This document shows positions 26,517-36,122 of a DNA stretch of 44,307 bases, piece by piece. The DNA lies in assembly GCA_013152575.1 (NCBI GenBank), contig JAADGB010000119.1, positions 1 through 44,307 on the forward strand, in the 5' to 3' direction. Made by a program: the position numbers and the translations under genes. The notes below the pieces were generated by a model. The model was given only the letters and a program-made list of their open reading frames with translations. It ran no database searches and had not been told where the DNA came from. This DNA is from Thermoproteota archaeon. GTDB lineage: Archaea; Thermoproteota; Thermoprotei_A; Sulfolobales; Acidilobaceae. Positions within the stretch are counted from its first letter, which is position 1. Every line of letters begins with the position of its first letter.

Positions 26517-26957
26517 TTGGCCAAGACCCCTGGCAAGGTCATCGCGTCTAGGCTGGAGAACGAGCTCGCCAACCTGTTATGGTCTATGGGCTATGCAGTG
26601 GTTAGGGGTCCCTCGAGCGGATCCGGTGTGAGGAGGAGATACCAGCCGGATATAGTCGCGATAAAGAACGGGGTTGTACTAGTCATTGAGGTCAAGAAGG
26701 CGAGGGAGGGGAAGACAGTCTACATACCGGAGAGGCAGGTCAAGGGGCTGAAGGAGTTCGCCTCTAGGGCTAAGGGCCTCGCCCTGGTAGCTGTGAGGAT
26801 TGCCGGCCTCGGCTGGAGGATCCATAAGTTGGAGGATCTAGACTATACGAGGAATGGTAACGCTCGGATCGAGTCGCCGGAGTCTGGGTTGAGGATTGAG
26901 GTTTTCGACGAGCTCCTATTCCCAAAGTCACGTCGTATAACCGAGTGGACTGGTTAG
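26517..26957 (+). CDS. hjc: Holliday junction resolvase Hjc
   Basis: SRLENELANLLWSMGYAVVRGPSSGSG...PDIVAIKNGVVLVIEVKK matches the archaeal Hjc catalytic core (E...R.P.SG...PD..A....iE.K). The TTG start follows GGAGG. Confidence 0.88.
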   Translation: MAKTPGKVIASRLENELANLLWSMGYAVVRGPSSGSGVRRRYQPDIVAIKNGVVLVIEVKKAREGKTVYIPERQVKGLKEFASRAKGLALVAVRIAGLGWRIHKLEDLDYTRNGNARIESPESGLRIEVFDELLFPKSRRITEWTG

Positions 26958-28516
26958 AAGGGGATTATTCTCAGCTCGTATCCGGCTTTCTCGGCTAGCT
27001 TTCTCAACCGCTTTACTCTCCTAGCCGTGAGCTTTGGACTGTAGCGTGGGACCCTAACGATTATCACCCTATCTCTGACCTCTACGCTCGCGTCTGGGAG
27101 CATCTTCAGGATACGCCTCTCGACGTCTTCTATTTGCTTCTTGCTCTTCTCTCTGACTGGCACGACCATTGTCTGCTCTCCGAACGTGTAGATCTCGTAT
27201 TCTAGTTCTCCGGTTAGGAAGTCTCTCACTTCGACTACGGGCCTCGATAGTTCAGCCTCTCTCAGCCCGGTCGGTAGCTTTACGGTTATCGATAGCTCGT
27301 ATACCTTCTCCACTCTACCCTCGTTGATGAATATGACAGTATCTATTATGCTGGGTATCATTCCAAGCTCTACTCTGCGTATGAATCTCTGTATAGCGTC
27401 TATTGGTGTAGTCGCGTGTACTACGCCGACCATTCCTATTCCAGCGAGCCTGAGGTCTACGTAGAGTTGGAAGTCTTCGTCGCTTCTTAGCTCGTCGTAG
27501 AACGTGTAGTCGGGCCTCGATAGGAGTAGTATGTCGTGGAGCTCGCCTAGGTCTGCATAGTTCTTGGAGTACTGGGTTACCGTTGAGGGGAGCCTCATGT
27601 CCCTTGGAGACTCTATGGTCTTTACGATCTTGCCCTTGCTAGCGTAGAATTCTGCTAGCGCCTGAGCGAAGGTGGTCTTACCCATACCAGGGGCTCCAGC
27701 TATCAGTATACCCTCCGCTCTCTCCATGAGCCTGTTCAGGAGCTTCTCGGGGATATTGTAGTCTTCAAGCTTCAACTTGACTATCGGTCTGACGGCTGTG
27801 ATCTCCCAGCCCTCGCTTAGAGGAGGCCTAGTTATCACTATCCTATAGTCGTGTAACTGTACTATTGTAGAGCCTGGCCGGTCGATTTCCACGAATCCAT
27901 CCTCCAGCAGGGAGGCGGCTTCGATTACCTCCCTTGCAATCTCCTCTACGTCTTTCCTGGTTAGGGGTTCGGTCGATATGGCTACGAAGGCCCACTTCCC
28001 CGGCCTCCCTATCTTGGCCAGCGGAGGTGCTCCCTCCTTCAGGTGTACGCTCATGGTCTTGTCGGTGAAGAACTCTTCTAGCTTCAGCCTCCTCCTCTTA
28101 GCATCGGCTGGGAAGATGACTGGTATTCCCATAGCCCTAGCTGCCTCTAGCTGGACCTTGTCGCTTGTGATGAGAGAGGCTCCTGCCTTCCACGCATAGT
28201 CTCTCACGAGCTTCTTCACTAGATCTAGGGTTAGCTCTCTAGGATACCTGATCTCGTCATCGACTACTACGACCTCGATTACCTCTCCCGAGGAGTCTAT
28301 TAGCCGGGACAGCTCGCTTAGCCCCGTGAAACCGTGGGATAGACCCCTCCTAGCCTCGGAGTAGAGGTACTCGACTATCGATTTATGGACAAGTATTCTT
28401 CCCGCTATCCGTCCTTCCTGGATTAGGCGGCGGGCCGTGCCGTCAACCACGGCGTCTATGTCCACTACGTATAGTCCTTCTCTTTCCACATGCGATCCCC
28501 AAACCGTGCCATCCAA
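26954..28516 (-). CDS. PIN-domain / P-loop ATPase / KH-like protein (archaeal PilT-family ATPase of the COG1855 type)
   Basis: It has an N-terminal PIN-like segment (LYVVDIDAVVDG...ITSDKVQLEAARAMGIPV) and Walker A ILIAGAPGMGKTTFAQALAEFY. The C-terminal region fits the KH tail known for this family. The start could be GTG 28489. Confidence 0.75.
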   Translation of the reverse strand: MDGTVWGSHVEREGLYVVDIDAVVDGTARRLIQEGRIAGRILVHKSIVEYLYSEARRGLSHGFTGLSELSRLIDSSGEVIEVVVVDDEIRYPRELTLDLVKKLVRDYAWKAGASLITSDKVQLEAARAMGIPVIFPADAKRRRLKLEEFFTDKTMSVHLKEGAPPLAKIGRPGKWAFVAISTEPLTRKDVEEIAREVIEAASLLEDGFVEIDRPGSTIVQLHDYRIVITRPPLSEGWEITAVRPIVKLKLEDYNIPEKLLNRLMERAEGILIAGAPGMGKTTFAQALAEFYASKGKIVKTIESPRDMRLPSTVTQYSKNYADLGELHDILLLSRPDYTFYDELRSDEDFQLYVDLRLAGIGMVGVVHATTPIDAIQRFIRRVELGMIPSIIDTVIFINEGRVEKVYELSITVKLPTGLREAELSRPVVEVRDFLTGELEYEIYTFGEQTMVVPVREKSKKQIEDVERRILKMLPDASVEVRDRVIIVRVPRYSPKLTARRVKRLRKLAEKAGYELRIIPF

Positions 28517-28603
28517 CTATTCTCGATTGACTCCAGGCTCTACCCAGACCGTATAAGTTTATCACACCCCATGATACGACGATTGTTATTCAATTGGGTG
28601 TAG

Positions 28604-29479
28604 GTGGTGTTCGACGTCCTAATCACTGGCTCCATCCTATATACTGGCCGCGAGATAATCAAGGACGGCTACGTGTATATTAAGAACGGTAAGATAATCG
28701 ACTATGGCCAGAGCCCTGTCCCCGAGGACTACACTTACGTCAACCTGATCCTAGGGGGTAGTGGGAGGATCATAGTACCTAGCCTAACCGCTGTGATAGA
28801 CGCGGTTTCATACCCGCTTAGACTGAGCTCCCCAAGCCTCAAAGAGAGGGTAAAGTTCTACGGGAAGATACCGCCCTCAGAGGCTGTAACCCTATCACTG
28901 CCAGCCGTGTATGAAGCGCATATGGCTGGAATAGGCCATGTTATAATTGAGTACACTAGCTTGGAGCTACCCAATACGCTCCGATCCCTTATCGGAGGCA
29001 AGTATGGGCTAGCCTACCCCTCCTGCAACGGTAAGCCTCCCGGAGAACCGCCAAGCGTGATAACAGTATATGGAGAGGGCTGCGGTGATTCCGGCCAGGT
29101 TGAGGTAAGGGATGGAAGCGGTTATGTTGGTGGAGAGAGGGTTCTAGCATTATTCAACAGGGCGACATACTCTAGGCTAGACGGCGACCCCCTCACAGAG
29201 AGTAACAGGTTCAGGGAGGCTATCGGCTTGAAGCCGGCTACTATAGAGAAGAACGAGAGAGCTGAGATAGCAGTCTACAACGCCTCCCGCCCTCCGGGCA
29301 TGTTCCTCGACAAGGCGGGAGAGGACGTGATAAGGAGAATATACGTCTCGGGTGCTAGGCTTGAGACGCTAATGGTTGGAGATGCTATACTGGTTGATCA
29401 AGGAGAGCACCTCTATATTGTTGAAAAGCACTTCTCCGAGGCCAGGAGGGCTGGATTGAGGATCTTGGAGCGTCGCTGA
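28604..29479 (+). CDS. Amidohydrolase-fold-related protein lacking the HxH metal motif
   Basis: Both ends look like amidohydrolase beta-sandwich segments: DVLITGSILYTGREIIKDGYVYIKNGKIIDYG at the N-terminus and AEIAVYN...VGDAILVDQGEH at the C-terminus. The position of the usual PG(L/F)IDxHxH motif reads VPSLTAVIDAVSYP. At 291 aa it is short for the family. Confidence 0.45.
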   Translation: MVFDVLITGSILYTGREIIKDGYVYIKNGKIIDYGQSPVPEDYTYVNLILGGSGRIIVPSLTAVIDAVSYPLRLSSPSLKERVKFYGKIPPSEAVTLSLPAVYEAHMAGIGHVIIEYTSLELPNTLRSLIGGKYGLAYPSCNGKPPGEPPSVITVYGEGCGDSGQVEVRDGSGYVGGERVLALFNRATYSRLDGDPLTESNRFREAIGLKPATIEKNERAEIAVYNASRPPGMFLDKAGEDVIRRIYVSGARLETLMVGDAILVDQGEHLYIVEKHFSEARRAGLRILERR

Positions 29480-29528
29480 TCGAGGGCTTCCACATCCCCC
29501 GGGTGAGGGTTCGGGCGTGAACGAGCGC

Positions 29529-30722
29529 TCATCCGCCTATTTCATATTCTGATACTTGGATCCTATATTTTCCTAGGACCTTGCCTAGCTCGTCGTTGAA
29601 GATCGCGGGGTCTCCCCGGGGCGTTGGGTCTACACCCATCCTACAGGCTTCTATCTGCCTACTCACTATATCATAGAGGCCTATCCTGTGCACTATCCTC
29701 ACTACTTCATCCTTATCCATTCCCGAGACAGGCCTCACTACAGGCAACGTTACGCCGGAGCCTATGAGCCTCATATTCCTAACAGTCTGCGTAGCGACCT
29801 GGCCTATACTCTCACCAGTCACGAGGGCCTCGTACCCCTTCTCTACAGCTATCCTCTCGGCCTCCACTAGCATCAACCGCCTCATAACCAGCACCCTATA
29901 CTTTGGCCTGACATTGGATGCCACCGTGCTGGCAACATCCCTGAAATCCACCACGTAGAGTTTGAGCCTTCTACCATGGACCCACTCTCTAGCCAGGGCT
30001 TCAGCCGCCTCCATCATTATATCATATACTTCCCTCACGCCTATGTCGAAGAAGACGAGGTCCGCCGGGGACCCCCTCTTCATAACTAGCCATGCGGCAG
30101 CTGTGGAGTCAAAACCCCCGCTGAATAAGACGAGGGTGGGTTCCTCACTCCCCAGGGGTAGACCGCCGGGTCCCTCAATAATCCTATCATAAAGGTATGC
30201 TCTGTTCCCCCTCACTTCTACATATGCTATGTAATCCGGCTTATGGAGGTCTACACGGCTAGCCCCGAGTTCGAGTAATCTCGCCCCGAGCTCCTTCTCA
30301 ACGTCTAGGCTTGTGAAGTCGTGTACTCCCGTTCTACGTGCAGTTACTCTGAAAACCTTCCCCTCCACTCTAGGGGCAAAATACTCCGCTGCCTTCTCCA
30401 CGAGGTCGTTGAGATCGTTGAAATCCACGACTTTGGCGGGGGATGTAGATTTAACCCCGAAAACACGTGCAGCCGATATAGCTGCTTTTTCCGCATCGCT
30501 GGGGTCCCTTATCAGGATCCTGCCCTGCAGTCTCTCGATGCGACCCTCGACTCCACGCCTCTGCATGGCTTCCTCAATGTGCTTGGCCAGTAGCCTCTCG
30601 AGCCTCGGCCTCGTGTGTCTCCCCTTCACTGCTATCTCAGAGTATCGGACTATCACTACCTCCTCCACTATCGCCCCCCGCCTGGAGTAACCGTCTCGGC
30701 CGGCATTGATTAACCTGTCCAT
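29529..30722 (-). CDS. thiI: tRNA 4-thiouridine synthase ThiI (THUMP + PP-loop)
   Basis: It has IVRYSEIAVKGRHTRPRLERLL (ferredoxin-like/THUMP start) and the PP-loop LVLFSGGFDSTAAAWLVMKRG. Confidence 0.9.
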   Translation of the reverse strand: MDRLINAGRDGYSRRGAIVEEVVIVRYSEIAVKGRHTRPRLERLLAKHIEEAMQRRGVEGRIERLQGRILIRDPSDAEKAAISAARVFGVKSTSPAKVVDFNDLNDLVEKAAEYFAPRVEGKVFRVTARRTGVHDFTSLDVEKELGARLLELGASRVDLHKPDYIAYVEVRGNRAYLYDRIIEGPGGLPLGSEEPTLVLFSGGFDSTAAAWLVMKRGSPADLVFFDIGVREVYDIMMEAAEALAREWVHGRRLKLYVVDFRDVASTVASNVRPKYRVLVMRRLMLVEAERIAVEKGYEALVTGESIGQVATQTVRNMRLIGSGVTLPVVRPVSGMDKDEVVRIVHRIGLYDIVSRQIEACRMGVDPTPRGDPAIFNDELGKVLGKYRIQVSEYEIGG

Positions 30723-30754
30723 TCAATACCAAGGGTATAACTGGAGGGTGCGGT

Positions 30755-31204
30755 GTGAAGAGAGTCTCATTCAAGTGGAGGGAGGGTTACCTGGTCCTCA
30801 CGGATAATAATGGAGAGCTGGTCGTTGAGGCCTCGAATTCCACGATAACCTTCACTGTGAGAGAGGTGTTGGTTAAGGGGTTATTCGAGGGCTTGAGGGA
30901 GTACGTGGAGGGGGGTAGGGGGGAGTGGAAGACGGTATACATTGACCTCGCGTTTCCACTCAAAGGGAAGCCTAAGCCGGTTGACGTGGCATTTGCCAGG
31001 CATGTCGACACATATGTTGGGGGATTCGGCTTAAGCTACACAGTTATAGAGGGGGTAGGCCACTACATAACAGTCTATCCCCCTCCAGGAGCCCTCTACG
31101 ATCACGCAATAATCTACGATGATGGAGTAGCCCTGAGAACCCTGTCTAGGAGGAAAGTCTATATCCTAGAGGAGAATAATACTCGTAAAATCATACTACT
31201 CTAG
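30755..31204 (+). CDS. Hypothetical protein (149 aa)
   Basis: GTG start 4 nt after GGAGGGTG, divergent from thiI. It looks beta-rich and I recognise no motif. Confidence 0.5.
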   Translation: MKRVSFKWREGYLVLTDNNGELVVEASNSTITFTVREVLVKGLFEGLREYVEGGRGEWKTVYIDLAFPLKGKPKPVDVAFARHVDTYVGGFGLSYTVIEGVGHYITVYPPPGALYDHAIIYDDGVALRTLSRRKVYILEENNTRKIILL

Positions 31205-31230
31205 CCTGGGCTAGGGGGAGGGTCCCTTCC

Positions 31231-32130
31231 TTGATAACACGCCTAGAAGTAGATCATGACGCGTTGATGAGACTATCCAGGATAGTATCCAGGATAAGTA
31301 AAGAGGATCACCGTTTCAACAGCCAGGATCTACCTGGCTCTACGACTAGGGAAGAAGCGGTAATGTTCTACACGATCCTATACTCGATAGATTACGGGCT
31401 TGGCTTGGAAGAGAAGAAGCGTCTAGCCAACGCCCTATGGAGTATCCTAGAGGAGAGAGGGTTCAACCATGACTTCCTACTCGGACTAGACGGGAATGGG
31501 TTGAATACGCTTCTAAGAGGGTATGGGGTTAGAATGCCTAGGCCAGAGTTAAGAGCCATGCTTCTAAGAGACCTCTCCCGTAAGGTTGAGAAGTTATACA
31601 ACGGATCATACTACGCTGTGGTAGTTGAATCACATGGACAGCTAAGATACAAGAACGGGGGGTTCATTGATAGGCTACAAGACTTCTACGCTTACAGGAG
31701 CCCGGCCTACTCTAAGGCATATAGGCTTGCAATCCAGCTCTACCGTGTTGGAGTCCTGCCAGCCCATGACTTGTGGAACGCTGGCGTATCGGTTGACTCG
31801 GCTCTAGTCGGCCTAGCCGTGAGGTATGGCCTTGTTAGGGTTAGCGACAGCCTCCTCGAGAGGATAGCTCTTGGCACACCGTTGGACCCGGAGACTGATA
31901 GGGTTCTCCGCGAGTATGTTTTCATGGCGTATAGGCTGGTGGCTCAGGAGGCGGGCGTTGATCCATTCACTCTAGATGGTTTGCTTAGAATCATCTATAA
32001 TCGATACTGTAAGTATAGGTCGAGTCAACCTGGTGAATCGGCTGGAGAGGACATTGGATGTATGGGTTTGAGGGACCCTCGGCTATGGGTGAGGGACCCC
32101 CTCCCTCCACAGGATTCATGGTGGGATTAA
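31231..32130 (+). CDS. HhH-GPD-superfamily-like protein (resembles archaeal AGOG 8-oxoG glycosylase / DUF2419 queuosine-salvage family)
   Basis: 299 aa. GVSVDSALVGLAVRYGLVRVSDSLLERI resembles the VD(T)H..R...R.G helix-hairpin-helix segment of this superfamily. The overall helical pattern fits. No exact family assignment is possible by eye. Confidence 0.35.
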   Translation: MITRLEVDHDALMRLSRIVSRISKEDHRFNSQDLPGSTTREEAVMFYTILYSIDYGLGLEEKKRLANALWSILEERGFNHDFLLGLDGNGLNTLLRGYGVRMPRPELRAMLLRDLSRKVEKLYNGSYYAVVVESHGQLRYKNGGFIDRLQDFYAYRSPAYSKAYRLAIQLYRVGVLPAHDLWNAGVSVDSALVGLAVRYGLVRVSDSLLERIALGTPLDPETDRVLREYVFMAYRLVAQEAGVDPFTLDGLLRIIYNRYCKYRSSQPGESAGEDIGCMGLRDPRLWVRDPLPPQDSWWD

Positions 32131-32195
32131 TGGCTGACGGATAACCCAGTTTATCCTCGGCGTGTATAATGTTTAGGGTGGGGAGTTGAAGGGTA

Positions 32196-33275
32196 ATGGT
32201 GTCAGGAGAACTCGATAGGGTAGAGGAGGTCTCAGGCCAGGGTATCCCGGCCTGGGGGTATGCGCTTGGCGGTCCAAAGGTTGGTTCCGGGCCGGGCGCC
32301 GTTACGAGGGGAGCTATGTGGCTCAACCTACCGAGGGCCGGTACACGTGTCGAGAGGCTACTCTTATCCATTGGTATATTCACTGATCGCGAGGTCCGTA
32401 CACCTATCTCGTGGAAGCTCGTAGTGGATGGCGTCTCGATATCGAGGGAGTTCAGGCCGCACTTCGTTGTTGAGACCGATGATGGCTACTATATGAAGGC
32501 TATCTATGACGTGAAGCCTGTACTGGCAGGTAGGGTCTTGAGGCAGGAGAGCCATAAGATCCTAGTCTACAGGGACGCGGTTCACCCGATTAGGGTTGCA
32601 GACGCCCTCCTATATGCAAGGTTCGAGAATGAGAAGGCTAGATATGCTGTATCCTACTATACTGGCGCCGTTGCACTAGAGCCGGGAGAGCACTACAAGG
32701 TGGACGCCGACATAGGGAGGAGCTTCGGCGGGAAAAGGACAGCTGGCGTTATACTGCATTCTCCCTATCACGACTCTGCCTTCGAATTGATAGCAGGCGG
32801 TTCAAGGCCAGAGAGAGCCGTAGGCCACGGGGTACACTATATCGAAGTCACTGTACCCTACAAGGGGTCCCCTGTACCAGTATCTCTGAGATACGTTGAT
32901 CCAGGCTTCAAATTCTACCCAAGGATCGCCGTGCTGACAGAGGTTATAGCCACCGAGCTACTAGCTCCTGCCCCGGAGCCGAAGCTCGTTATCGAGTCCG
33001 TTGAGGCTAGTGATACAAGGGTTAGGGTTAAGGGGATTGTTGAGAACGTCGGCGATGACGTTCTCGACTCCACAATGCTAGTCGTACTAGCCCTTGGAGC
33101 TAGACTCGCTAGGAAGACGCTGCCGCCAGTTGATCCTGGGAAGAGCATCGACTTCTCACTTGAATTCGATATATCGAGGCTCCCGATTAGGCCCTCGAGG
33201 GCCAGTATAAGGTTGATATGGCGGAGGCTGGGGGAGACTAGGCTCGTATCGGAGGAGATACAGATACCCTCCTAG
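32196..33275 (+). CDS. Hypothetical beta-rich protein with a CARDB-like C-terminal module and no signal peptide
   Basis: 359 aa. The ATG lies about 30 nt after a TATAATG box. The C-terminal 90 aa (KLVIESVEASDTRVRVKGIVENVGDDVLDSTMLVV...PPVDPGKSIDFSLEFD) follows the CARDB pattern (N.G......v.l......l..l..g.s....f). Confidence 0.5.
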   Translation: MVSGELDRVEEVSGQGIPAWGYALGGPKVGSGPGAVTRGAMWLNLPRAGTRVERLLLSIGIFTDREVRTPISWKLVVDGVSISREFRPHFVVETDDGYYMKAIYDVKPVLAGRVLRQESHKILVYRDAVHPIRVADALLYARFENEKARYAVSYYTGAVALEPGEHYKVDADIGRSFGGKRTAGVILHSPYHDSAFELIAGGSRPERAVGHGVHYIEVTVPYKGSPVPVSLRYVDPGFKFYPRIAVLTEVIATELLAPAPEPKLVIESVEASDTRVRVKGIVENVGDDVLDSTMLVVLALGARLARKTLPPVDPGKSIDFSLEFDISRLPIRPSRASIRLIWRRLGETRLVSEEIQIPS

Positions 33276-33541
33276 CGGCCTCTCCTAAAAATGTATTCTC
33301 GGAGGGGAGGGGCTAGATTATAGCAGTCGTGTCCCCTCTCCAATAGTCCCATCTCTATGAGGGCGTCGATCTTCTCCTGGGGGTCCCTCACTCCAAGCCT
33401 CTCCAGTTCTTTCAAGGCCCTCAGGTCGCCGACTGACACGTTCTTGTAGAAGTATTCGAATACTATCCTGAGATCCTTTGGGAGCTTGCGGGCCTTGTCG
33501 AGTAATTCGCTGGCCTCGGCTAGGATCTCGTCTACACTCAT
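33272..33541 (-). CDS. Small helical hypothetical protein (possible winged-helix)
   Basis: I prefer ATG 33541 (MSVDEILAEASELL...), preceded by GAGGGTGGAG, over the track start 33589. It shares a CTAG stop with the convergent gene. Confidence 0.45.
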   Translation of the reverse strand: MSVDEILAEASELLDKARKLPKDLRIVFEYFYKNVSVGDLRALKELERLGVRDPQEKIDALIEMGLLERGHDCYNLAPPLREYIFRRGR

Positions 33542-33609
33542 GTACTCCACCCTCAGGTTTATCGGCCCAGTCCTGCAACCGACAACCAATCCGGGGATAG
33601 GGGAGGCAG

Positions 33610-34473
33610 GTGGCTAATAGGCTATTGAGGCGGATTGCCGAGGAGGTCTTAGGGGAGGAGAAGGCTCGGCTGATATGGTCGAGGCTCGACATAGTCGGTG
33701 ATATAGCTATACTGAAGAAGCCACTAACGGATTCGATAACCGTACCTGACCTAGCTAGAGTGGCGGAGGAGCTCGTGAGAAGGCTGCCTTACATTAAGAG
33801 TGTTTGGCTCGCAGAGTCGCCAGTAGAGGGACCCTACAAGACCCGCCGGTTCACACACCTAGCCGGTGAAGAGAGGAGTGAGACCGTATACGTCGAGCAT
33901 GGATGCAGGTTTAAGGTTGATATAAGGAGGGTATTCATAACTCCACGGCTCAACTACGAGCACCTAAGGATTGCTAAACTGGTCTCCCCCGGAGAGGTTG
34001 TAGTGAACATGTTTGCCGGCGCAGGCCTCTTCTCTATAATCATCGCCTGCAAGTCAAAGCCGAGGAGAGTGTACAGTATTGATATCAATCCGGACGCCTA
34101 CAGGTACATGGTTGAAAACATAGAGCTGAACAAGGTAGGAGATACTGTGATCCCAATCCTAGGAGACGCTGCCAAGGTTATAGTAGAGGAACTAAGTGGC
34201 GTGGCTGACCGCGTGCTTATGCCACTGCCAGAGCTAGCCCTAGACTACCTTCCCTACGCTGTGAGAGCTCTGAGGGGTAAGGGAGTGATCCATGTATACC
34301 TCCATGTGAGTACGCCTAAGGGAACCGATCCACTTAAGACCTCTGAACAACTGGTGAGGGATAGGCTCAGAGAGCTAGGAGTGAGGCACATGGTGCTGGG
34401 ATCGCGGAAGGTAAGGCCGGTCGCACCGAGAACCATGCAGACAGTAGTAGATGTGGTGGTTGAGAGTGGCTAG
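33610..34473 (+). CDS. trm5: tRNA (guanine37-N1)-methyltransferase Trm5 family (Met-10+ type; possibly the bifunctional Taw22/Trm5a form)
   Basis: It has the SAM-binding motifs VVNMFAGAGLFSIIIA and YSIDINPDAYRYMVENIELNKV, and ends with a RVLMPLP motif. The GTG start follows GGGGAGG. Confidence 0.85.
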   Translation: MANRLLRRIAEEVLGEEKARLIWSRLDIVGDIAILKKPLTDSITVPDLARVAEELVRRLPYIKSVWLAESPVEGPYKTRRFTHLAGEERSETVYVEHGCRFKVDIRRVFITPRLNYEHLRIAKLVSPGEVVVNMFAGAGLFSIIIACKSKPRRVYSIDINPDAYRYMVENIELNKVGDTVIPILGDAAKVIVEELSGVADRVLMPLPELALDYLPYAVRALRGKGVIHVYLHVSTPKGTDPLKTSEQLVRDRLRELGVRHMVLGSRKVRPVAPRTMQTVVDVVVESG

Positions 34474-35074
34474 GAGGAAGCCCTGGGTTAAAGTAAAGGA
34501 CGATGCCGTGAAATCAATCCTACTGGAGAGAGACGTGGGTTATCTCGACGTAGGGATAGGGCCGATACTGGAGACACTGAACTCGGTCAAGAACATTGCT
34601 ACCACCAGCAGCTGCCTTGGCAGGATCGCTATAGTAGAGGGGATAGTACACTGGGGTCGAGACGAGGATTCGAGGATTGCATACAAGACCCATGGTAAGA
34701 TAACGCCCGAGGCGATCCTACGCGTGTTATCCAGGGGGTTCTCCAACCTATGGCTTAAGGCTACGGGCCCAATACTACACGCACGAACGAATAGCCTGGA
34801 ATGCGCACTACACATGTTATCCAAGGCTAGAGAGAACGGTTTCAAGCATAGCGGCATAATCTCTCACGGAACACCCAGCGGCACCGTAGTTGAGTTGATG
34901 AGTGCATCACAGCTGTCTACCCCGCTTGTAGTGAATGGAGTAGTGGTCATCCGGATGGGCCGTGAATACCTCGAGGCGTTAGCCAGCAAGGCCAATAGTA
35001 CTGTTGAAGAGGGGAGGAGAAGGCTTAGGTCGTTTGTTGACTCCCTTCTCGCCGACCCAGGCCCCTGCGGATAG
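34466..35074 (+). CDS. taw3: tRNA wyosine-derivative methyltransferase Taw3 (TYW3 homologue)
   Basis: It has ATTSSCLGRIAIVEG (the TYW3 S-S-C-x-G-R-I motif), followed by ILHARTNSLE and a GFKHSGI region. The GTG at 34466 overlaps the trm5 stop (GTGGCTAG). The track start 34451 is also possible. Confidence 0.8.
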   Translation: MARRKPWVKVKDDAVKSILLERDVGYLDVGIGPILETLNSVKNIATTSSCLGRIAIVEGIVHWGRDEDSRIAYKTHGKITPEAILRVLSRGFSNLWLKATGPILHARTNSLECALHMLSKARENGFKHSGIISHGTPSGTVVELMSASQLSTPLVVNGVVVIRMGREYLEALASKANSTVEEGRRRLRSFVDSLLADPGPCG

Positions 35075-36071
35075 CCCTCCAGTATATGGATAAGGGACCC
35101 CTACCATCACATTCGCTGCAGATTTTCTTGGCTAATGCCGTTTCACAATTGTAGGGCCTGTATCTCCGGGCCCTCTCAAGGATTACCTCCGCTAATACAC
35201 TAGCAGTCGTCCTAGGCACTAGTCCTGTGGAGTAAAGCAATTCCTCCACGTATTCTTGCGGGGCGTTCACGTTGGCTAGAAATGTGACTAGCATATAGAA
35301 CTCTTCGGGCGTCATCGACTTCTCCGACGCTGATCTATCGATTATCTCCCTGATACATAATGGTATCTTCTCCGGGTCAAACTCTCCCAGCACTCCCCAG
35401 TCAAGTTTTGACGCCATCATCCTACCAAGCTCGGCTAGTTTTTGGAGATCGACCTCGTCATATATGCCGACTATACTCTCTATGTGTTGTCTAACCTTCG
35501 CTGCTAGGAAGTTCTTGAAGTTCTGAGCATCCAGGTAGACTCTGCCACCTAGCGGGAAAGAGTTTACAAGCCTCCACCTTGGTTCCACTAATCTGCTGGC
35601 AACCACTAGATAGTCGCTTAGTGGTAACGAGTACTGGAGGAGTCGTGGTAGTATGCCACGACGCTTACTATAGAGCCAGTTTATTACTAGATTTGAGGAT
35701 TCAACCCTGAGACCCAGGGCTCTAGCCAGCGTCATTAGGCCTGCCTGCGATTCATCCTCCAATAGTTTCCGAACTCTGTCGGCTTCAGCATCCGCTAGTC
35801 TCCTGAGGAGCCTCAGTGACCCCGACTTTGCTACAGCGGCCAGTGCGGCGTGGAAGGATAGGACCTCTTCCCATGTATCTCTACCTATCTGTTCAGGGAG
35901 TCCCTCCCGTGAAAGCACGGCTTCAAGCCTCTTCTTTGCCAGGTTGATGGCTTCTTCGGACTCGAGTAGCTCTTCTATTGGCCCATAGTAGTCGATCTCT
36001 TTCCTGGCGTATTCGCTTAGCTTTACCGTGAATGGGTATTTGGCCTGCCACAGCAATTCCTGAGCCTCCAT
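35025..36071 (-). CDS. priL: DNA primase large (regulatory) subunit PriL
   Basis: It has an N-terminal KYPFTVKLSEYARKE and the Fe-S domain cysteines IPLCIREII ... YNCETALAKKICSECDG. It is collinear by eye with my recollection of Sulfolobus PriL. Confidence 0.85.
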   Translation of the reverse strand: MEAQELLWQAKYPFTVKLSEYARKEIDYYGPIEELLESEEAINLAKKRLEAVLSREGLPEQIGRDTWEEVLSFHAALAAVAKSGSLRLLRRLADAEADRVRKLLEDESQAGLMTLARALGLRVESSNLVINWLYSKRRGILPRLLQYSLPLSDYLVVASRLVEPRWRLVNSFPLGGRVYLDAQNFKNFLAAKVRQHIESIVGIYDEVDLQKLAELGRMMASKLDWGVLGEFDPEKIPLCIREIIDRSASEKSMTPEEFYMLVTFLANVNAPQEYVEELLYSTGLVPRTTASVLAEVILERARRYRPYNCETALAKKICSECDGRGPLSIYWRAIRRGLGRREGSQQTT

Positions 36072-36122
36072 ACTGGAAGGGGATCACTTGAATATTATGT
36101 TCGGAGGGTTTATTGAATATCA

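Noticed and set aside
33318-33692. 124-aa minus-strand ORF overlapping both the small helical gene and the trm5 start.
   Set aside because: It is an alternative frame of a better-supported ORF. It is rich in Arg, Gly and Pro as expected from off-frame GC-rich sequence, and it would run through the divergent promoter region.
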